A stretch of 13,184 nt of DNA from Candidatus Odinarchaeia archaeon. Lineage in GTDB: Archaea; Asgardarchaeota; Odinarchaeia; Odinarchaeales; Odinarchaeaceae. The stretch lies in assembly GCA_029856525.1 (NCBI GenBank), contig JAHQXC010000033.1:1-13184 (forward strand), in the 5' to 3' direction. Positions 1 through 8,615 of this stretch are shown here, one piece after another; position 1 is the first letter of the stretch; the number at the start of each line of letters is the position of its first letter. The notes below the pieces were generated by a model that did not search any database, was not told the DNA's origin, and saw nothing but the letters and a program-made list of their open reading frames with translations. Made by a program: the position numbers and the translations under genes.

Positions 1-99
1 AGCTGCTGAACAAGTATATTAATGTTTAGTTTACTGAGTATTAAAAAAGATTATATTGTTTTGAAACCCTATTTTTAATTATTATTTTTAAATTTCAGG

Positions 100-1194
100 G
101 TGAAATTGGTGAAGGCTATAATCCCAGCAGGCGGTTTTGGAACTAGACTTAGACCTTTAACATATACAAGGCCGAAACCGCTTCTCCCAATATATAATAC
201 TACGATACTAGGGTTCATATTAGATCACTTATCCTCTTTTAATTTCATCGATGAAGTGATTATAGCAGCTAATAAAGACTTCAACCGGATACAATCCATT
301 TTCGGGGATGAATATAAGGGGCTGCGTATCAAATATATTTGGGAGGAGAAACGGCTGGGGGGTGTGGCTTGTATTAAAAACGCTTCTAAAAACATTGACG
401 ATGATTTTCTAGTTTTCCTAGGCGATAATCTCTCCGACGTCAACTTGAAAGAGCTTTCAGAGTTTCATAAAAGAAAAAACGCGGATGCTACGATACTGCT
501 CGTGAAATCTAAAACCCCTTGGCTTTACGGCGTTCCTTTAATCGATGAAAACGATTATATAATATCTCTAATAGAGAAACCTAAAGATATGGGGTTAAAA
601 GAAACCTATATCGCTACTGGAATATACGTTTTTAAAAAGAATGCTTTAGATCCTATCGAAGAAAATAAATTTATAGATCACACAGGTGAACTTTTCCCTA
701 TACTTTTAAAACATGGTAAGAAAATTGCAGGATTTAAAAACTCCTCTTACTGGGTGGATATAGGTGATTTCAAAAATTATCTTGAAGCGAACAAGTGGGT
801 TTTAGAGAGTAATCAAGGTAAAATAATCTCAGCTTCAAGTAATATAGACAGGGTATCTTATACAGCCGCCTCTTCGATAATCGATGTTAAAGCAACCGTG
901 GAATCTTCGATAATACTTGATAAAAGCATTGTAAAAGATAATTGTAGAGTCGTGAACAGCATGTTATACGAGAATGTCACTGTTAACAAAGACTGCTCGT
1001 TAATCAACTCTATTATAGCGGAGAACACAGTGATAGAAGAGAATGTTATAATAGAGAACAGTATAATAGGGGCTAATGTTTTAATTAAAAATAACTCGAT
1101 TATTAAAAACGCTAGAATCTGGCCTAATATAATCGTTGACGTGAATAGTAGGATTGAAGGCGCTGTGAAACATAATTATCTTCCTTTAAAATAG
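100..1194 (+). CDS. NDP-sugar pyrophosphorylase (nucleotidyltransferase plus C-terminal left-handed beta-helix; mannose-1-phosphate guanylyltransferase/GlmU-like)
   Basis: N-terminal AIIPAGGFGTRLRPLTYTRPKPL signature, GDNL and EKP motifs, YWVDIG, then hexapeptide repeats. GTG start at 100; TTG 106 or GTG 109 are alternatives behind AGGGTGA. Sugar specificity cannot be determined. Confidence 0.9.
   Translation: MKLVKAIIPAGGFGTRLRPLTYTRPKPLLPIYNTTILGFILDHLSSFNFIDEVIIAANKDFNRIQSIFGDEYKGLRIKYIWEEKRLGGVACIKNASKNIDDDFLVFLGDNLSDVNLKELSEFHKRKNADATILLVKSKTPWLYGVPLIDENDYIISLIEKPKDMGLKETYIATGIYVFKKNALDPIEENKFIDHTGELFPILLKHGKKIAGFKNSSYWVDIGDFKNYLEANKWVLESNQGKIISASSNIDRVSYTAASSIIDVKATVESSIILDKSIVKDNCRVVNSMLYENVTVNKDCSLINSIIAENTVIEENVIIENSIIGANVLIKNNSIIKNARIWPNIIVDVNSRIEGAVKHNYLPLK
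877..1140 (+). repeat. Hexapeptide (LbH) repeat-coding segment of the pyrophosphorylase
   Basis: Periodic I/V-x-x-S-I-I pattern (VESSIILDKSIV, VVNSMLYENVTV, LINSIIAENTVI, IENSIIGANVLI). Confidence 0.8.
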
Positions 1195-1195
1195 A

Positions 1196-1966
1196 TTATA
1201 ATGTTTTCCGGCCGAAGCTTATATATCCTGTGTGACCTATCATTAGAGTAGCAGGTCTTGTTCCTTTATCCTCTCTAACCATAATCTCTCTTAATATGCA
1301 TTCGAAGGTTTTAATATCTTTAAACCCTGATCTCTCCATCGCATAAACAGCTTTCTGTGTCTGCTCCACGGTCGGAGAATAGTTTACCAGTATACCGCTT
1401 CCTTTAAGCGCTGAATAAGCTTTATCAACAACAAGCCAGGGTGTAGCTAAATCTAGTATAATAGCATCAAGCTCTTTTTCCAAGAACCCTTCGCATACAT
1501 CATGTTTTTTAAGTTCAACATAAGCTGAAAGCCCATATTCGATTAAATTTCTCTCAGTCGCGGCCAGAGACTCATCTCTAATATCATAACCGTATATTTT
1601 ACCATGCGGTTTAACAGCGTTAGCTAGATAAATAGTTAAACCCCCGCTTCCCACACCCGCCTCTGCAACCCGGTGACCGTCGCTTAAACCAGTGTAAGCC
1701 AGTATAACACCGACATCTTTAGGGTAGATTATCTGCGTGGAGCGTTGCATTTTCAAAATTAAATCGCTTAAAACAGGTTTAAACGCAGTATACTCAACTC
1801 CAAGGCTTGTATATCCTTTACAACCATATTCTCTTCCTATTAGATCATCGTGTTTTATCACACCTCTATGAGTGTGGTGTTCTCTACCTTTCTGAACTTT
1901 TACAAGCCATCTTTTCTTATAATCTGTTACTAAAAGCACATAGTCTCCTTCAGAGATAGTATTCAT
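1196..1966 (-). CDS. trmI: tRNA (adenine-N1)-methyltransferase, m1A57/58
   Basis: N-terminal beta domain (HTHRGVIKHDDLIG), TQIIYPKD, SAM-binding EAGVGSGGLT, catalytic LDLATPW, C-terminal HTGYI. Confidence 0.95.
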   Translation of the reverse strand: MNTISEGDYVLLVTDYKKRWLVKVQKGREHHTHRGVIKHDDLIGREYGCKGYTSLGVEYTAFKPVLSDLILKMQRSTQIIYPKDVGVILAYTGLSDGHRVAEAGVGSGGLTIYLANAVKPHGKIYGYDIRDESLAATERNLIEYGLSAYVELKKHDVCEGFLEKELDAIILDLATPWLVVDKAYSALKGSGILVNYSPTVEQTQKAVYAMERSGFKDIKTFECILREIMVREDKGTRPATLMIGHTGYISFGRKTL

Positions 1967-1970
1967 AAGA

Positions 1971-1977
1971 TCACCTC
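1971..1977 (-). promoter_or_regulatory. Shine-Dalgarno site of trmI
   Basis: GAGGTGA on the minus strand, 4 nt before the ATG at 1966. Confidence 0.8.
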
Positions 1978-2043
1978 AAAGCGGCTCCCGAATTTTACTC
2001 GGAGGGTAGTTGACATCAACACCGGTTAAAGATTATAATAAAG

Positions 2044-2051
2044 TTTTTAAC
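2044..2051 (+). promoter_or_regulatory. Putative archaeal TATA box for a leaderless B3/4 gene
   Basis: AAAG-TTTTTAAC centred about 27 nt before ATG 2075, with no SD. The AT-rich context limits certainty. Confidence 0.4.
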
Positions 2052-2074
2052 TCACTATATAATTCTTATCAGCT

Positions 2075-2761
2075 ATGGATTATAATACTATTTTAACATG
2101 GGATCAGAATGTTAAATCGAAACACCCTGATTTATCAATTGCAGCCGGTGTGGTTTCGAATATTAAAAACAGCGAGTGGAATCCTATCCTAGAAGAGATG
2201 AAACAAAAAATAATTAAAAGAATTCTTGAAAATTACACAATTGATAACATCAAATATGAGCCTATAACTAGATGTTACAGAGACTTCTATTGGAGGATTG
2301 GAATAGATCCGACTAAGATAAGACCTGCTGGTGAAGCGTTGGTTAGAAGGGTGCTTTCAAACAAGCCTTTTCCGAGAATATCGCCAGCCGTCGACGCTTA
2401 CAACCTCGCTTCTGTTGAAACATTTATAGCTTTAAGCGGATACGATTATAGTAAACTATCATTCCCGTTAACTGTTAGATTCGCTTCTAACCGCGATGTA
2501 TTTAAAGGAATCGGCATGAAAGATTATGAAAACCTTAACGGAAACGAGATAGTCGTCTCAGATAAAGAGAAAATAGTGTGCGTATACCCTTACAGAGACT
2601 CTGAGCTTAGTAAAATAGAATCCAATACAAGTAGAATCCTGATTTTAGGTTATAGTGTACCCGGTGTTAGCATGGATAAAATAGTTTCAGCTGTTAGAAA
2701 AGCATGTGAGAATATTAAAATAGTATGCGGTGGAGTAATAGAGAAAATAGAAATCCTTTAA
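2075..2761 (+). CDS. Stand-alone B3/4 domain protein (PheRS beta B3/B4-like, putative trans-editing aminoacyl-tRNA deacylase)
   Basis: YRDFYWRIGIDPTKIRPAGEALVRR, ISPAVDAYNLASV and IVCVYPYRDSELSKI are typical of the B3/4 family. Confidence 0.88.
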   Translation: MDYNTILTWDQNVKSKHPDLSIAAGVVSNIKNSEWNPILEEMKQKIIKRILENYTIDNIKYEPITRCYRDFYWRIGIDPTKIRPAGEALVRRVLSNKPFPRISPAVDAYNLASVETFIALSGYDYSKLSFPLTVRFASNRDVFKGIGMKDYENLNGNEIVVSDKEKIVCVYPYRDSELSKIESNTSRILILGYSVPGVSMDKIVSAVRKACENIKIVCGGVIEKIEIL

Positions 2762-2821
2762 CGTTTATTTCTATATAAAAATAAGTATAAGCTTTAATTA
2801 AAACCCAGTTTAGGTGTCTTA

Positions 2822-4327
2822 ATGAATTTTAAAAATTTAATCTGCTTCGATGAGTCTCATAATGAGGGTGGGCGTATTAACACAACATACACTAGTCTTA
2901 AAGAATTACTTGAGAAAAATAATTTCGAATGCATAGCTTTAACAGATTTCCCTTTAACATATGAGAAACTTAAAAAATATAATGTGCTCGTAATAGCCGG
3001 CCCGGATATGTCCAAGTTTAGAGCCTCTGAAATAGATGATATTTTAAAATACGTGTATGACGGTGGAAGCCTCGTTCTAATGTCAGACGCAGGCGGCGAT
3101 AGCGGGCATATGACTAATTTAAACAAGATCGCTCAACTATTAGGCTTCCTGTTTAACTCAGATCAGGTGGTTGATCAGAAATATAATTTAGGAATGGAAA
3201 CAGTCCCTGTTCTTGAGCAGGTAACCCCTCATGACATAACAAGAGGCGTAGCCTCTATTTCCTATCGAGCGGGTTGCAGTATAACAGTCACCGGTGAGGC
3301 TCAGATACTCTTTAAATCAAACCAAACATCTAATCCTCCAAGCGCGCCGATTATGGTTTTATCAAACTACGGCAGAGGTAAGGCTATCGGGATAGGAACC
3401 TATGAGATATTCAGAGATAGACTGCTAGGGGGATTCAACTCTAAGCATCATTCAACTTTAGCTTTAAACATATTCCAATACTTAGTTGCTTCGCAGCCTC
3501 TCGAAGAAGCTAAAATCATAGTCGAAGACATATCTGAGGAATCAACACCTCTGCTTAAAGAATTAGCGGAAATAAAAAACAGTAAGTCAGCTTTAATGCA
3601 ACCAGATTCTAGGCAGGATAGGATAGTTGAAGCTAAAATAACTCCTTTAAAAGAATCATCTGTAACTAAAGAACAGGAAGCACTGTTAAAAACAATCTCA
3701 CAGGATATAACTAATCTGTCAACAACGTTTAAAGACCAAGTTTATACTTTATCAGATCTCCATGAAAGAATCTCGGAAGCAAGTTTACAGTTTGAAAAAA
3801 TAGCTTCAAAGTTTAAAAACCTTGACTTCAACAAGCTTAACGATAATATAAGTAACCTTAACATAGACGTTAAAAAGATAATCGAGGATATAAGTAAACT
3901 TTTAGACCAAACTAGCACTGTTAGAACACTGTTTGAAAATTTTAAACTAATCCAAGAAGAATATAAGAGGAATCTTCGAAATCTAATCGATAACATTAAC
4001 TTAACGGTAAACAACGCTATCACTACAATAACCAGAAACATTGAAGAAAAATTAAAGCAATCAGATACATCAATAATTGATTTGAAGAAAACTGTTCAAG
4101 AAATATTTGAAAGCGTACTTGAAAAAAAACTTTTAGAGTTCTCTAAATCCCAAGATGAGAAATTAAATGTATTAGAAACTCGTTTAAGCGAAAAATTAAA
4201 CACTACTCTAGCCGAGCTCTCTAAAACACCGGTAATTGAAGAAGCTAAGCCTCAAATATATATGGAACCTGGGAAATCCCTTGTGAAAAAACCAGTTAGA
4301 AAAAAGATTAAAACTTCACCTGAATGA
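2822..4327 (+). CDS. GIFT (GldG/IFT52-like, DUF4350-type) domain protein with long C-terminal coiled coil
   Basis: aa ~5-222: FDESHNE...LVIAGPDMSKFRASEIDDILKYVYDGGSLVLMSDAGG...NLNKIAQLLGFLFNSDQVVD...YGRGKAIGIG. aa ~285-465: heptad-rich helical region. Basic tail KKPVRKKIK. AGGTG SD upstream. Confidence 0.75.
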   Translation: MNFKNLICFDESHNEGGRINTTYTSLKELLEKNNFECIALTDFPLTYEKLKKYNVLVIAGPDMSKFRASEIDDILKYVYDGGSLVLMSDAGGDSGHMTNLNKIAQLLGFLFNSDQVVDQKYNLGMETVPVLEQVTPHDITRGVASISYRAGCSITVTGEAQILFKSNQTSNPPSAPIMVLSNYGRGKAIGIGTYEIFRDRLLGGFNSKHHSTLALNIFQYLVASQPLEEAKIIVEDISEESTPLLKELAEIKNSKSALMQPDSRQDRIVEAKITPLKESSVTKEQEALLKTISQDITNLSTTFKDQVYTLSDLHERISEASLQFEKIASKFKNLDFNKLNDNISNLNIDVKKIIEDISKLLDQTSTVRTLFENFKLIQEEYKRNLRNLIDNINLTVNNAITTITRNIEEKLKQSDTSIIDLKKTVQEIFESVLEKKLLEFSKSQDEKLNVLETRLSEKLNTTLAELSKTPVIEEAKPQIYMEPGKSLVKKPVRKKIKTSPE

Positions 4328-5350
4328 GTAAACTTCATCGCTAGATTTTGCGAAAGCATATATGAAAGAGGCGATAAAGATTATAGAAGTGAACACTAAG
4401 CTCCCGGTTAATATAATAATATTAAACCTGTATAATAGGTCTACTGTAATAAACCCGGCTGCGACAATCACGCCGAAAAGAGAGAAATTACCTTCTACGA
4501 CATTAAATTTCAATTTTAAAATTATTAAAACAGCCATTAAAAACAAACTGATTATATTAATATAATCTATCACATAACCCATGTTTCCAAGCTGCGGGAT
4601 CCAAAGATAAGCGAATATAATAAACAATAATATTTCGAGAACTTTTATCCAATTATTTGAGCCTACAAAAGCGTCGCTTAATTTTTTATTAACAACTAAA
4701 TTATAAATAAACCATACAGTGGACCCTATAGTAAGAGAGTTAACAACCCATATTGAAAACGCGTAGATGAAGCCGACAGCTCTCTGCCATACTTCAAGTA
4801 TCCATGCGCTTAAAGGCAGATATGATTGATAGAAGAAATAGGATACTAAGACAGGTAGAAATAAGAAGGCTGCGAAGATTACCGCTGACACCGCTACTAG
4901 AATCTTCCGATCTTTAACCCATAACTCTTCTCTACTAGCTATTAACTGCCAGCTCACAGCCACAGCTGTGAACGCTGAAAGAGCCGGGGATATGAAGGGT
5001 AGAATGAAAAAACCTGCGACTATTACCGTGTTAACCCCGTAGAATATTAAATATCTTAACGGTACAATAGATATTCTCTCTGCCCATATACTAATCATAT
5101 TCGCTAATCTATTCCTAAAAGTATATAGGAGAATCCACCAGGGAGACGATAATATAATAGGTGTTACTATAAAGTTGAAAAAAACAGTTAAGTAGATGTT
5201 AGGTATCAGCGTATAAGAGAGGGCTTGCGTATTACTTAAAAAAATGAGTATAATAAAATAAACAGGTATAAGCAACGCTGATATAAATACCAGTAACCTA
5301 CTCAGTAAGAATCCTTTAATATAATATGGCACTTTAACCTCACGCTTCAA
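4316..5350 (-). CDS. Hypothetical polytopic membrane protein (roughly 9-10 hydrophobic segments)
   Basis: 344-aa ORF with TTG start preceded by CAGGT and repeated long hydrophobic stretches. No family motif recognised. The 3' end overlaps the convergent gene by 12 nt. Confidence 0.8.
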   Translation of the reverse strand: MKREVKVPYYIKGFLLSRLLVFISALLIPVYFIILIFLSNTQALSYTLIPNIYLTVFFNFIVTPIILSSPWWILLYTFRNRLANMISIWAERISIVPLRYLIFYGVNTVIVAGFFILPFISPALSAFTAVAVSWQLIASREELWVKDRKILVAVSAVIFAAFLFLPVLVSYFFYQSYLPLSAWILEVWQRAVGFIYAFSIWVVNSLTIGSTVWFIYNLVVNKKLSDAFVGSNNWIKVLEILLFIIFAYLWIPQLGNMGYVIDYINIISLFLMAVLIILKLKFNVVEGNFSLFGVIVAAGFITVDLLYRFNIIILTGSLVFTSIIFIASFIYAFAKSSDEVYSFR

Positions 5351-5462
5351 TTAACCTGTGATGAAAATATTTAACTATTTACCGGTAAATAAAAATATAT
5401 CGTAGAGTTACATTCGAAGTAGATTATAATCCAAGCGGATTCATATTTTAAAACAGCTTTAC

Positions 5463-6272
5463 ATGTGGATGCATATGGTTAGTAAATTTATCAGCAAACT
5501 TGAAAGGAGCTCCTCGGCTAATAAATCTAAGATAATACTTGCATTAGATTTAAGCTCCGAGCTTAAAAAAAATAATAAAGCTGAATGGGAGAATATTAAA
5601 AAACAATTACTTAAGCAAGCTGAAAACATTCTTAATAAAATAGGGGATAAAATAGCCGGTGTTAAAATAAACAATCAGCTGATACTACCGCTAGGAGTTT
5701 ACGAGTACCTCCCAGATCTTATCGATATAATAGATTCATGGAAGCTGCCTGTAATCGCAGATGTAAAAATAAATGATGTAGGTCATACTAATGAATGGAT
5801 CGCTAAACATTTTTTTAACGCTGGATTCGACGCTTTAATCGCTAACCCATTCGTGGGCTGGAAGGGTGGCTTAGATAAGGTTTTTGAAACAGCCCGAGCC
5901 TATAACGGAAGCGTGATTCTACTCGTCTACATGTCTCATCCAGGAGCTTCAGAAGGATTCCACCAAATCGTAGTGGACTCGCAGACAGGTTTTCAAAAAC
6001 CTCAATTTCTCATATTCGCTGAGAAAGCTAATATATGGGGTGCTGACGGTGTTATTGTAGGAGCCACATCCCCGCAGATTATTAAGAGTGTCCGCGACGT
6101 GTTAAAAAAGAATATTCTTATACTTTCACCAGGTGTTGGTGTACAGGGAGGGGAGGGTGTGGAGGCTATTCGCGCGGGTGCTTCTTATATTATAGTGGGT
6201 AGAAGCATCTTCGACTCAGATAATCCTTCTCAGACTGTAAGCTTGATTAATGAAAGCTTAAATCAGATTTAG
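5463..6272 (+). CDS. pyrF: Orotidine 5'-phosphate decarboxylase
   Basis: IILALD, GVKIN, catalytic DVKIND (DxKxxD), LSPGVGVQGG, IIVGRSI. The true start may be ATG 5469 or 5475. Confidence 0.95.
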   Translation: MWMHMVSKFISKLERSSSANKSKIILALDLSSELKKNNKAEWENIKKQLLKQAENILNKIGDKIAGVKINNQLILPLGVYEYLPDLIDIIDSWKLPVIADVKINDVGHTNEWIAKHFFNAGFDALIANPFVGWKGGLDKVFETARAYNGSVILLVYMSHPGASEGFHQIVVDSQTGFQKPQFLIFAEKANIWGADGVIVGATSPQIIKSVRDVLKKNILILSPGVGVQGGEGVEAIRAGASYIIVGRSIFDSDNPSQTVSLINESLNQI

Positions 6273-6279
6273 ATCTGTT

Positions 6280-7179
6280 TCAGCGGTCTAGTTTACAGGA
6301 GGCTGTTCGAGTATAATGCATTAGTGTTACAGCTAAAACTATAATAACTATCCCAGTTAAGCGAAACAGGGAGAAAGGTATAATAAACTCTCCGCTGAAT
6401 AAAATCACTATCTCCTCTCCGAAGACTACTATTGAAACCATCACCGGGATTATTATAGATAACGCGTTGATTAAAGGTATGGAGACGCAGGCTCTACCTT
6501 GAGATAGAGCCGTCTGTTTTAGTATAAATCCGAGTATTGTAAATAATACTAGACACCAGAAAATAGGGCTGATGAAAAAATATAGTATTCTTTCAGGGAA
6601 CGGAGTTAACGTAAAGCTTTGAACACTCAGCCATTTCGTGAAGACTTCAGCTATCCCGTAGGCTAAACCAGCGCTTAACGAAATAGTGTATTCTCTTCGA
6701 CTGTTAGCTATATTTAAAATCACCATTAACACTGTTAACAATATTATTAACCCGATTAAGAATTCACTGTTAAATATTGTTGAACCAGTTGTTCTCGAAT
6801 CATAACTTAAAAGTAACACGCCTAATATAATTAAGAATATAAGCGGGGTCTCATATTTTTTAAGCTTCTCTTTTAAAAATAATACGCTGAGAAAAACTAT
6901 CACTCCAAGATTCAAGTTTATAATCGGTTTAACAACTATGAGGTCCCCCATAGTTAAAGCTTCCACATAAATGAACCATGCGAGAACTCCGATTATCATC
7001 CCTGTTAACCAGTAAAAATTTTTTATAAGATTCGCGATTACATGAATAAAATTTTTTAAAAAATCTCTGATTTTTAAAACAGGTAGCTGAGTTAAACCCT
7101 TCTTTTGCAGTAGATTTCCTACACCGAATAGAAAAGCGGATAACACTGCCAGTGAAACATACTCCCACATCTGCATCAA
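6280..7179 (-). CDS. DMT/EamA-superfamily transporter (NIPA-like)
   Basis: About 9-10 TM helices in two repeats; LSAFLFGVGNLLQKKG, ALTMGDLIVVKP...FLKEKL, ALSQGRACVSIP...VFGE. Confidence 0.85.
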   Translation of the reverse strand: MMQMWEYVSLAVLSAFLFGVGNLLQKKGLTQLPVLKIRDFLKNFIHVIANLIKNFYWLTGMIIGVLAWFIYVEALTMGDLIVVKPIINLNLGVIVFLSVLFLKEKLKKYETPLIFLIILGVLLLSYDSRTTGSTIFNSEFLIGLIILLTVLMVILNIANSRREYTISLSAGLAYGIAEVFTKWLSVQSFTLTPFPERILYFFISPIFWCLVLFTILGFILKQTALSQGRACVSIPLINALSIIIPVMVSIVVFGEEIVILFSGEFIIPFSLFRLTGIVIIVLAVTLMHYTRTASCKLDR

Positions 7180-7208
7180 TCCGTCTATATTAAAATTACG
7201 TTTTACGA

Positions 7209-7949
7209 TTAACTAGTTTTTTTACCCCAAGAATAGTTAAAGTAACCGGCTGCTACTTGAGCTAGTCCAGCGTGATCTGACCATATTCCTAGAAGCGGCT
7301 CATATAATATTATCAACACTTCTTTCTGGTCTACTATAACCCCTCCGCCGAATAATTGCTCAACTGTTATAACATCGGAGACTGTTTTTATTTTATCCAC
7401 TATTTTATCAGCTTCTGTTTTCGGAATCACTATAACCGTGTTAATTCCTTTCAATTTAGCTGTTTGAATAACAGGGAATAAAATCTCCTGGATTCCTGGT
7501 AGTATTAAAGGTAAAGCGATTAATATATTCTTTTCCGCTTTACTTATCATCTCTTTTAATTTAAGTAGTAGCTTTTCTTCACCTCGTAGAATCCATATAT
7601 CAGGTTTCTCCGCCTGGTTTTTCTTTAAATAAATCGGCTCAAGCTCCTCTATCAATGTTTTCTCTAATGCATCTAACTCGATGATCTTCTTGTTTTTAAG
7701 ACTTTTAATAACATCTGAAGGAGGTTTAGCTGTGAATTTAACCGGTCTACTCGATTCAACATCAATCCATTTAGCTTCTTCTAATTGATGGAGTAGATCG
7801 TATACTTTGCTTTCAGGAACCCCGCTTAAAATACTGACCTGTTTAGCCGTTAACCCTCCTTGTTGAAGTAATGTTAAATATATTTTAGCTTGGTTAGGTG
7901 TGAGACCGAATTTTTTTAAATCTTTAAGAATCTTAGCCTCTGAAGGCAT
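7209..7949 (-). CDS. TrmB-family transcriptional regulator
   Basis: wHTH FGLTPNQAKIYLTLL...SGVPESKVYDLLHQL...RPVKF, followed by an effector domain (IWILRG, AEKNILI, VIVDQKEVLI). ATG 7949 is preferred over GTG 7958 because AGGTGA sits just upstream of the ATG. Confidence 0.92.
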   Translation of the reverse strand: MPSEAKILKDLKKFGLTPNQAKIYLTLLQQGGLTAKQVSILSGVPESKVYDLLHQLEEAKWIDVESSRPVKFTAKPPSDVIKSLKNKKIIELDALEKTLIEELEPIYLKKNQAEKPDIWILRGEEKLLLKLKEMISKAEKNILIALPLILPGIQEILFPVIQTAKLKGINTVIVIPKTEADKIVDKIKTVSDVITVEQLFGGGVIVDQKEVLIILYEPLLGIWSDHAGLAQVAAGYFNYSWGKKTS

Positions 7950-8133
7950 CAAATTCACCTTTAACTAAACAATAAAATGCAAGATTTATATTTAAATTAT
8001 TTTTAACTTCATAGAAGCGGTGTCTTATTTCAATATAGAGAGATCTAGCTGATAGTCTTATAAAAGATATAGCTATATTTATAATAAATAAGCGGGCTAT
8101 GAGGACTCTGAGACACCTGTTGAAGTGGAACCT

Positions 8134-8137
8134 TTAC
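8134..8137 (+). other. IS target tetranucleotide / predicted TnpB TAM (TTAC, in TTTAC context)
   Basis: TTAC immediately precedes CAAAAACT, matching the recalled IS608 junction TTAC|CAAAACT. Confidence 0.8.
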
Positions 8138-8176
8138 CAAAAACTCGACAAGAAAGCTTACGGTTTTAACCGTGGA
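8138..8176 (+). repeat. IS left end with guide AAAG (8153-8156) and subterminal hairpin
   Basis: ACGGTT-TT-AACCGT stem (8160-8173) followed by GGA. Near-direct repeat of the right end (CAAGAA...CGG.TT.A.CCGTGGA). Confidence 0.85.
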
Positions 8177-8191
8177 TGAATTGTCGATAAG

Positions 8192-8199
8192 TTTAAATA
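8192..8199 (+). promoter_or_regulatory. Putative TATA box for leaderless tnpA
   Basis: TTTAAATA centred about 26 nt before GTG 8222, preceded by purine-rich CGATAAG; no SD. Confidence 0.55.
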
Positions 8200-8221
8200 T
8201 ATCAACAATAATTGTAGACTT

Positions 8222-8614
8222 GTGCAGAATCATAGACATTCAAGGAGCAGGGTCTTCCTAATCCAGTACCACTTAGTCTGGTGCTCGAAGAGGCGAAAGC
8301 CTGTTTTGGTTGGAAGAGTGAAGGAGAGGCTTGAGCAGATAATATATCAGGTTGCGGATGAGCTAGGAGTCAAAGTTTTAGAGCTAGCCATAAACCCGGA
8401 CCACCTCCACCTGTTCATTTCAGCCTATCCAACGATACCTGTCCACAAGATTGTGAGGAAAATTAAGGGTAGAAGCTCAAATGTTCTCAGGAAAGAGTTC
8501 CCTGAACTGCTTAAACTGCCATCATTATGGACTCACAGCTACTATGTTTCAACGATAGGATCTGTCTCCAAAGAAACTATTGAAAAATACATTGAAGCCC
8601 AGAAAGGTGTTTAA
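8222..8614 (+). CDS. tnpA: IS200/IS605 Y1 (HUH) transposase TnpA
   Basis: YHLVWCSKRRK, HUH motif PDHLHL, IKGRSS, LWTHSYYVST, catalytic Tyr in EKYIEAQ. Confidence 0.96.
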   Translation: MQNHRHSRSRVFLIQYHLVWCSKRRKPVLVGRVKERLEQIIYQVADELGVKVLELAINPDHLHLFISAYPTIPVHKIVRKIKGRSSNVLRKEFPELLKLPSLWTHSYYVSTIGSVSKETIEKYIEAQKGV

Positions 8615-8615
8615 G

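Noticed and set aside
1-22. Possible 3' end of an upstream gene (AAEQVY-stop)
   Set aside because: Too short to support a call.
225-443. 72-aa minus-strand ORF
   Set aside because: Antisense shadow inside the well-supported pyrophosphorylase gene; no motif.
100-1194. Possible eIF2B gamma/epsilon-like catalytically dead homologue
   Set aside because: The GxGTRxxP...PK and GD catalytic motifs are intact, so an ordinary enzyme is more likely.
2857-4041. 89-aa and 99-aa minus-strand ORFs
   Set aside because: Antisense shadows of the GIFT/coiled-coil gene; the hydrophobicity mirrors Lys/Glu-rich sense codons.
4362-4565. 67-aa plus-strand ORF
   Set aside because: Antisense shadow of the membrane protein gene.
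5459-5674. 71-aa minus-strand ORF
   Set aside because: Antisense to pyrF.
6292-6312. Possible self-target for the TnpB guide (TTTAC-AGGAGGCTGT versus guide AGGCGGATTT)
   Set aside because: Three mismatches in the first 10 nt, including the seed, and no match beyond that.
6929-7168. 79-aa Cys-containing ORF in an alternative frame of the DMT gene
   Set aside because: Fully nested out of frame, with no separate SD or recognisable motif.
8045-8239. 64-aa minus-strand ORF
   Set aside because: Spans the IS left junction, so it is a chimera of host and IS sequence.
8580-8615. TTG 8580 start for tnpB given in the ORF track
   Set aside because: Overlaps the tnpA 3' end; ATG 8616 has an AGGTG SD and follows the tnpA stop.
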